A program made the position numbers and the translations under genes. DNA of 58,947 bases, the filler included, from Sphacelaria rigidula (taxonomy: Eukaryota): NCBI GenBank assembly GCA_964200075.2. It is 7 parts of 7 records of this genome, joined end to end, with 100 filler letters (N's around TTAATTAATTAA, not from the genome) between each part and the next. Parts side by side here need not be neighbours in the genome. Positions count along the whole stretch, not along the records: positions 50,614 to 58,947 come from CAXNAA020011483.1; 6 more parts are not named here. One strand, written 5' to 3'. Every line of letters begins with the position of its first letter. Position 1 is the stretch's first letter. The notes beneath the pieces were generated by a model. The model ran no database searches and was not told the origin of the DNA. It saw only the letters and a program-made list of their open reading frames with translations. Positions 50,614 to 58,947 of this stretch are shown one piece after another.

Positions 50614-51674
50614 CCAATGGGTTGCTTCATTTTCTGGTATCGCCACTTCCAGAGACAGCCACGGCTTATACACTGCCTCATGGGTGGGTGGGGGGGAGAG
50701 GGGGGTACTCATTTGTTGCCTACCTTAGTCGTTTGACCATTGACCACGCACCCCTTTCGAGACGGAACATGGAGCTGGTTTCGGGGGGAGGGGGGGGGGG
50801 CTATCGCGGCATCACTCGGACCTGGCGCGGTTCGAACGCCTCAATCTTTCGCCCTATCTAGGGTCAGCTGGACCAGTCAAACAACAGCAACATGAGCATG
50901 ACGTACAATATATGTACATCGTGCATACAACTATGCGCACCGCCAGGTGGAAAAACGAAATCCTGACTGAGTTCCCCTCCGATACAAACATCCGCTTCCC
51001 CCCCGCGCGATCATTTCACGTCGATCCTTCTCTTGAAAGCTACGCGCCTTGTACCGGTTGACACGGCGCTCACGATCAAGCCCACAACGCAAATCGATTA
51101 TCATGTTGTGTGAATACTGTCTTATACTGTTGTTCGATCTGGCGTGTCATGCCTGGGTAGTCTTTACTCCAAGATTTGAGACACATGCACCTACACCCGA
51201 CAGGTGAAGCGCTCCACAGTAGTTTCTGTCTCTGTTCCTTGCTATTTCTCCGGTGATCCCAGCAGCTACTGCTTCCCAACATGGATCGTAGCGGTATAGT
51301 AGCCGTACATGCGGTCGCCTAGTTGGCGTCACGTCGAAAAACACGTCTAAATTGCAGTATGACTCACGTGAATCCTTGCACGCGCGCGTAATCATATCAC
51401 GTAAACCGTTGCTAGGATGAGTGAAAGCCATTCCGCCTCTATGCACCGCGCAATAACTAAAGGTACGTATCTAAAGGCACGCACAACGGACCTGGTCGAG
51501 GGGGCGCGGGGGTGCCAATGACGAAACCAACAATGTAGATGCATATGACGTCGGAAGCGAATTGTGCGAGCAAAGACCTACACGCTGACGAAATCAGGGA
51601 GAAGGGACGGACACCTGCGGGTCCCGATCAAGTGAGCGGTAAGTTTGAGGAAGGCGGGATAAGAGAAATTTCTC

Positions 51675-54600
51675 TCAGGCAGAGTTTTTCAAGTATTCCT
51701 TCACGAGATCCACCAAAGATACCGGGTCGAACTCAGACCAGACGCTGAGAATCTGCGCAGCAGAAAACAATAGAGGGCGAAGGGTACGGGACACGAGGTT
51801 GACGGGTAGTGACGTGGGTTTCGAGAAAGGCATCGAAGGAAGGGAGCGGGAAGGGAGAGGGAAGGGGAGGGGAGGGGAGGAGGGGTTGTTTGCAGGTCGT
51901 GCAAAAAACGCGTTAAGAGAGTGTTGAGGACCACTCCGTCCTAGCACACCGACGGCGGACACCTACGAGGTATGTGCATACCAAAGGGTGAATAGACTGG
52001 CAACAAAGGGCTTTTGTTGAGAAAATAATCGAGAAGCCGTCTCAAACCAATAGGCAACACGTTGTTTTCGCAATAAAAACACCGCAACAACGGGCGAAGG
52101 GCAACATCGAAGAGATGAAACACAGCTCTACCAATTTTTTCCTCTCTTTACGAAAACAACAGCTAGCTGCTGCTGAAAGAATAAATGCAATATACATTTC
52201 AGGTACAAAGCCTCGAGGGTGATAGATTTGATGGAGACTTTTGAAAAGGCAGGCATGATATCCACGATGCTACGAAGTTGTGTGGCCGGCAGGAGATACG
52301 CACGAGCACAACATGAGTAACCGTTTTCCCCAGACCACACAATTTGACCGCGCAAGGTCCGGAACACTGTAGGTATGATCATCCACGCGTCTAGTGGCAC
52401 TGCGAAATGTTACATTACGCAATACGTATTACTATTACGGGTGTGAAATATTACAAAAATGATGTGTCGCGGCGAGGCTACTCGAACGCGTGGCGGAGAA
52501 GCTGGGCGGGTTTGAGTGTTGAATATGTCAAGTTTGGAGTGACCAAGATGTATGCAGCAATTATTGGGTAGCAAACGAAAAGTCAGTCGAAGTGAACCTG
52601 TACTTTATTTTTTTCAAGTGACAAAATTAACGGTGGCGAGAGACGTGAGATGGAACTGGAAAGTATACATACACGCAACACGGTATATCGTTTCTCGCTT
52701 ACTTTTACGTTCATTTTTGCAGTGTATGAAATGAGATGGTCTGCTCTGAGGTACCAGAGGTTCAATTTTACGCGATACAATTGCGAGGGGGGAACTCTGG
52801 CTTGTCGGTATGCGCTCCACGCGTACCGCATAAAAATACGTGAAAACCGAATCACTCAACGCACCGTGCCGAGATCTGGCTCGATGAGAAAGGCCGTTTC
52901 CTCGAATTTCCGGGTGGGCGATTTCAATCGGTACGCGAGCATCCACGAGCCCTCCTCGTCGTCGCTCAGCACAGGAAAGGCGATGCGGCCTTTTTTCACC
53001 GCCTTGCGGTTGCTACCCGGAGAATCGGCCGTTACCGCCAGGATGTCCACCAGCTACGGCGGTTGTTTCGAGATGACGACGGGTAAGGCGAGTTATGGTG
53101 ATGACGGTCCAGGTAATGACGGTTGATGGCGACGGGAGAGGAGATAAACGAGGATGCGTGGGCCGAAGCAGGGAAAAAAAAAATAAGCGAAAGAGATTAG
53201 CACACGTGCACATCGCTACGAAAAGTGTAAACTGAGGAACACAAGGGGCGAGAGAGAGAGAAACCACCGAGCTTAGAATCCCCTCCCCAATAGTCATCAA
53301 AACAGTAGTAACATAACCACTACCACCATCAACAACAACGACAATAATGACAGACGTTTGAAAAGCTTGCTTCATGCGTTCCGAATCACCCGATCAAAAC
53401 TTTCTTTCACTCGAATAAAAAAAAAAACACTCGAAGAAGCAACAGTACTAGAGTATAAAAAATTTGTTCAATTGGGTTGTAGTTAACGCTTGGAGTATCA
53501 TAGCCGAAGGCGCTGTCACCAGCCTTGCCGGGTAGGGAAACGCAACGGAGTAGCGCTGAACCCTCCACCCCCCCCGTACCCCGCTCCGAGGCGAGAAAAA
53601 TATAAGCGTTTCGTTTGGTGCAATTGAAACAATTGCGCTGAAATTTAGCCCCCAAACAGTGGCGCTTTGAGGACGCGATACATACATGAGATATAGAATA
53701 CATGCATACATGCAAACATATATAATAACTGATACATTTTCTTGTATTGTCGCACTTTGAATCCCTTCCCCTCCTCGGGACGAGTCCGTGGTCTCCCTTG
53801 ATCTCCTCTTCTATCCCGGGCTTGCCTTGCACTTTGGTCTCGCGGATTGGGTCAGCACATCGACACCGCATCATCTCTCGTCAAACAAACTCAGTCAACT
53901 ACTACTTTTTGTTTGCCCACGCTCACGCTTCCAACCTTGGAAATTGAATGCTTCGAAGGAAGAACCCAACGCTTCGGGAATCGAACCCACGTCCGCTCCA
54001 TTCTAATGGGGACAGTCGGTCCATGAGACCACCGCGGCCCGACGTGAACATTCCAGATGATACGTCATATATCACACATGATACACGCATACATGCATGT
54101 GAACTAGGCTTCGCTAGGGGTAAAGCAGTAGAGTTACGGGTCCCGAGGAAGAACGTTGTCGTACCCTGCTGCCGAAGGGTCTCCACAGCGAAGCGTAATA
54201 CTCTTTCTTGTCATTTAGGCAAGGATGCGGCCGTGACCGATGGTACGCAAGGGGAAGAAGTGAACCAGTTGGTACGGTAGTACCAGCTACGTTTTACCAG
54301 AGTTCATGAGGTGACCCCCACATGCACGTGTGTATCAAACTAGGAAGTATTTCGTAACTTGACAATTGACAAAAAGAAAATGGCAACAGTGAAAAGAGAT
54401 CAACAAAAACCATATCATGGCGTGTACGGCCCATCGAAGGCGCGGCAAGATTTGAGAACATGAATACGTTGCCCATGTGTGACATGGAGATCAGGCATAG
54501 AAGTACAACATCGAATTTCAACGGGAGCCTACTTCTTCATACAGGTTAGTTTGTCGATAATGCACAGACACTATGGACCTCTCGTTGTTGTTTGGTATCA

Positions 54601-57346
54601 TGCGCACACTCCGCACTCATATTCGATGAGGCATCAGCGTCAGTGGATTGTCAACATCCACAGAGTATACAGAAATCACGTCCAAAAGCCCTACGCAAGA
54701 AACAGCAGTTTCGCGATTATCTTCGTATTTGATATGCATCACAAAATTCACCGATCCTTTGTCGTAGCCGTTACGTTGGCCGCATGGCGGCCCTCCAGTT
54801 GCTGCTATTACAGTGTAGCGGTCGACTCAAATGTGGATCCAAGGGTCGGGCGACTAGCAATTCGTCTGGAAAATCAAATTGCGATCAGAGTAATTGATTC
54901 GTACTACAAAAGTCAGTCTTCGGGCTTTGCTTCAAGTGTTGCACTCCAAGTTCGCGCACCACCCGGCATGTGGAAAAGCGCAAATTTTCGCATTCGATAC
55001 TTATTCGACCCGCGGTCAACTATTTTCATTCTCCGTGCAATCAGGCCTCAGTAATCGTAGATTTGGTGATTCGAACCAGCGATGACACATCCGACTCCTA
55101 AATGGAGTCTTCAGGGTGGGTGAACAACCGTCGAGTACACATGGGTGCAGAGCGCAGGTGTACTCATTCGGACAACCTATCCTATATCCTAGTGATTTGA
55201 GAGTGTCCAGCATAAATCCTAGTGGTGAAGCTGGGCCATACTAAGCTCAGGGCGCCGGTGGCGCGGTACGTCAATTCCAAGTAATTGAACGTCCCACGCT
55301 TACCGCGTGGGACATTTCAACTCTCGACACACTACCCAAGTGGCTGATAGTGATTATTGTACACCGTATCCCAGCAGTTGACCGATCAACATTGGACTCA
55401 AGTATTCTTTTTTGAGGCTGTGTACGGAGTGGGTGTAGTGATCCCAGATGGTCAGCGCTTCGGAAGACGGCGTGTACGTTGGGAAACTGAATTCTATAGA
55501 CGGGTAGCACTGCGGAGCAACTATTCAGCTAGGCCAGTTGGAAAACTGAAGACTGGTCCGCTAACATATTAATAGGGCCCGTTCTCCAACTCGAAAGTCA
55601 TCCAGACGCGTTCTCCTCTCGACGTAGGCCTGTCCAGCAAGACTTCCATGACAACTGAATCCGGCGATAAAAAAAAAAGAAGCATGACACACCTTGCGGG
55701 GCATCCGCGTATTCAGTTCTTGCATGGCCTCGCGCAACTCTGTACTTCCAGGGATAGGGTCAGCCACCACCAACAGCGGCTTCGTCCCTCTGTACAGACC
55801 GAAGTTCACCTGCGATTTTGCGACGGTGTGCACGCACGCAGCCAACGTCAAAACACTCTGTGATGACGTCCCAATCATATCTTCGTTTTTCCCGATCACA
55901 CACCCGCACACAAAAACACAACGTCATCAAGTACTCTCGCCACGTAGGACGAAGATCCACAGTATTTTTTCTTCTTTTGCTTTTGTTTCTGTTTTCTTGC
56001 TTGGGATCGTACCAGCACACATTCGACACAGAAACATCCCCAAAACGGATAGCAAAAAATCATGATGGGTGTCGTCCACACGGGCACCACAATACAGGCC
56101 ACAGGGTTCCGCCATTTGCGCACCGACTACGGATCACAGAGAGCAAAACGCACACAACCACATACACACGCGCACGATCCAACCCCAAACACGGCGTGCG
56201 ACCATCATCCATGATGATACTGGAGATGTCCCGCTTCTGTCTCGGTGCCTACCGGTGCTAGTCCCAGCAGCTGCACAAATTATCGATCCAACAGGACATG
56301 TAGGAGGAGCGAGGAGCGAAGAGCGAGGAGCGAGTGTGGGGAGTGTGGGGAGGGGGGAAGCTTGCCTTCGTTCCCTCCGTGTCCGAGAGGGCCCGCCAGG
56401 GGTCCAGCGGCGCAAACTCTCCGGCCGAGAAAGTTGTCGGCGCCTGTAGAGCTCCAAGCAGATGAGCGGACACAAAATACACATGCAGCGAGGGGAAACA
56501 CTTTTTTTGTAAGAACAGATCACCGCCCTTTAGACTAACGGACGAAACAAAATAGATGTGCACAAATCGATTGGAAGGCACGGGACGTTGCGGTAATAAC
56601 CAGCCCAAGCGAGAGCACAATCAATCTTCCTGTATCCTTAGCCCGGCAAATTTCTCGGCGGCTTGCCGACTCCGGTATGGGTAGGGGGGGGGCGTACTCA
56701 TTTGTTGCTTGCCTTAGTCATTTGACCATTGACCACGCATCCCTTTCGGTATGGGTGGGGGGTGACGAAACTCATCATCCCTTGGAACCTTCTCGTTTGC
56801 GGCCTATTGGACGATATCATGCACACATGTGCACACACGTGCACAACCGCCGACTTATCATCTACACGGGTGAAAACGACTTCGAGTGCTCTGGTTCAGG
56901 CATTTTCTTGTTGGCACGCTTTCAGCCCTCTCCCCTTCCTCGGGGAAAACTCGTGCTCTCTAGGGATCAACCCATCTCTTCTCCCCCGGTACACGCCTTT
57001 CATTTTGATACCGCGGAGTCGGCCTTAGCGTCGACGCTCGTCAAATTACTTTCTTCACTACTCCCACGTGCTGAAGCTTTCGACGACGTCAACCGAATAC
57101 TCCTCCGGAAAAATCCTGAACTTATATTTTCCGCCATTCGAATCCGCAGCCCTACGCATCAACTGCTTTCCATAGTACCAGATAAACCACCGGGGGGCGG
57201 TGATATGCGACAAATACGTATCATACCTTCTTTATCTCATCCTGTATTCGCTTGTCCAACACCTCTGGGGCTACCAACTCGCTCCGTCCTTGAGACTCCG
57301 GGCGCGTGCCGTATGTCAACATATCTTCGAAGTCATTATACTCACC
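51675..57346 (-). CDS. AhpC/TSA (PrxQ/BCP-like redoxin fold) protein lacking the peroxidatic Cys. Exons 57227-57346, 56366-56443, 55693-55809, 52865-53053, 51675-51752 (stop); possible upstream exon 57490-57618
   Basis: The spliced product FSAGEFAPLDPWRALSDTEGTK|VNFGLYRGTKPLLVVADPIPGSTELREAMQEL..|LVDILAVTADSPGSNRKAVKKGRIAFPVLSDDEEGSWMLAYRL..TAFLIEPDLGT|ILSVWSEFDPVSLVDLVKEYLKNSA* is collinear with the AhpC-TSA pattern (G..AP...L.D.EG..V.L..YRG.KP; V+ D S ... FP+LSD ... AY ... TFLI). All introns are phase 0. Confidence 0.8.
53741..54040 (-). mobile_element. tRNA-derived SINE (family 2) with a LINE-like tail
   Basis: Head GGGCCGCGG-TGGTCTCATGG (A-box-like, 54021-54031) ... GGTTCGATTCC (B-box, 53977-53987). 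The 3' end GAGACCACGG..CCC..GGGG..AAAGTGCGACAATACAA resembles the tails at 18705 and 35775. Confidence 0.7.
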
Positions 57347-57632
57347 CTGTTGAGCAAAGAGAAGGTACAAGGGGACCACAAAAAGTGGGAACAGAGTGGA
57401 CAATGACAAATACTCATGCAAGTGATTGTCCGTGTCGGGTGGATACTACGGGGCGGGGGTGGGGGGGTGTAAGAACGGGTGTAGCTTACGTAGAGGCGGG
57501 TGAAGCTGCATGCGCAGTTGTGCAACAGGTGGTGCTGTATTCGCTCTCGACTAGAAGACATTGCATTCCATGCTACCCTTGGCGGCGAGAAAGCGTCTTC
57601 CTTGAGCCGATGGGCACGCTGCTCGTATTTTT

Positions 57633-58132
57633 CAGGGATGTGTACGGAGTACATTCCGCTACGCGGTGCGGATAATTGTTTTTGAAAACCTCACGGAGCG
57701 GAGCGGATATCCGAATGTGCGAACAAGTACGGATTATGACGGAGCGGATACACGCGATCAAAAATGTCACGGATTATTGCGGAGCGGATATCCGGCCTTG
57801 ATTATGTCACGGAGCGGAGCGTATTTTTTTAAACCGATACGGAGCGCAGCGGAGCGGATATCCGCTAGTGGGAAAAATCACGGATTGCCACGGAGCGAAT
57901 ATCCGCCCGCTACAAAAGCACGGATTATTGCGGAGCGGATGTCCGTCGCACGGATTTTTCCACGACGCGGATTGTCCACCTCCGTGGGACAAACCGCACG
58001 AACCGCGGTAGTTTCCCACGGTGCACCGTGGCGATACTCCGTTAAAATGACACGGTTCTCCGCGAAAATTGTGTGGATATCCGCGGATAAATACCAAGAA
58101 GTTTGGATTACGCTTTCCACTTTGAGGCGCAC

Positions 58133-58187
<55 letters not shown>

Positions 58188-58683
58188 TGTCCATCGTGCA
58201 AACCGCGGATGTCATGATTCGCAGCAGAATTTCGGAACCGCATTGGTGATTTGCTTATCCAGAAAAGTATTTTATTTACTTTGAATTCCAAGTTATCCGA
58301 CATTCGGAACAATTTCGTCCGTGGAAACCCGTGGCTTTTCAGCGGTTCTATCCGTGAGTTATGCTACGGAGAACACACGGGTGGACTATGGAGTAGATAG
58401 AACCGCTCCGTGGAAACCGCGTTTCACGGTTCCAACCGCGCAGCTGTAATCCATACGGAGCGGAGCGGATATCTGTACACCGGAAAACTCACGGACTATT
58501 GCGGAGCGGATTTCCGGCCTTAATTATGTCACGGAGCGGAGTGGATTTTTCCAATATGGTACGGAGCAGATATCCACTTGTGAGAAAAGTCACGGATCGT
58601 CACGGAGCGGATATCTGCCCCCTTCAAATGCCACGGAGCGGTGGGGCTTGACGAACTGCACCGTAATAATCCGCGCATCCCTG
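57633..58683. mobile_element. Non-autonomous hAT-type DNA transposon (1051 bp) with subterminal CGGAGCGGA/CACGGA repeats and an internal (TG)n
   Basis: Termini CAGGGATG ... CATCCCTG (Ac/Ds-like). The 8-bp flanks GTATTTTT / GTGCTTTT match at 6 of 8 positions. Dense ACGGA/CGGAGCGGA motifs; (TG)n at ~58140-58190. Confidence 0.75.
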
Positions 58684-58947
58684 GTGCTTTTTGACCCGTG
58701 TATCCGGTGTACTGCTTATCTACGCGCCCGCCAAGACGCCGTACGAACCTCGCGAAAAAAAGGCCTTCACCGACCACACACGGCAAGGGGGCTCGTATCT
58801 ACAATGCCCAAGATTCATAGCCACAAAACCCCGTTTCGCCTGAAAAACATCCGGGGGGGGGGAAGCGTGAGTGTGTGTGGGGGGGGGTGTACTCATGATC
58901 ATGCATGCCATAGTCATCAGACCATTGACCTCTGTGTGTGTGTGGAG

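Noticed and set aside
53965-54040. Possible tRNA gene (also 3440-3512 and a B-box at ~21850)
   Set aside because: A/B boxes are present but there is no convincing acceptor or anticodon stem, and they continue into SINE bodies.
56677-57675. 332-aa plus-strand ORF
   Set aside because: Starts inside repeat family A, lies antisense to plausible exons of the redoxin-like gene and has no recognisable motif.
57690-58640. Recurrent CACGGAGCGGA motifs resembling a CRISPR-like array
   Set aside because: Short motifs, irregular spacing, enclosed by hAT-like TIRs, no cas genes, eukaryotic context.

Overview
The window is eukaryotic, intron-rich and repeat-rich DNA; its gene structure and repeat style suggest a brown alga/kelp (inference). 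It is not one locus. Seven unrelated contigs of 8334-8336 bp, sorted by length, are joined by artificial 100-bp N44-TTAATTAATTAA-N44 linkers (contigs 1-8336, 8437-16772, 16873-25208, 25309-33643, 33744-42078, 42179-50513, 50614-58947). Spliced gene fragments read by hand: succinate-semialdehyde dehydrogenase (4 exons), a small two-TM poly-Cys membrane protein (2 exons), one quinolinate synthase exon, a kinesin-9/KIF9 tail (5 exons) and an AhpC/TSA (PrxQ-like) protein lacking the peroxidatic Cys (5-6 exons). The most striking element is a decayed Ty3/Gypsy pol on contig 4. Between RNase H and integrase it carries a frameshifted C5 DNA-cytosine-methyltransferase-like domain, and it ends in chromo-like plus Tudor-like modules. 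The rest is SINEs, MITEs (piggyBac-, hAT- and foldback-type) and a modular repeat that is nearly always bordered by poly-G/poly-C tracts. Contig 6 has no confidently identifiable gene. All family calls come from motif recognition by eye, not database searches.
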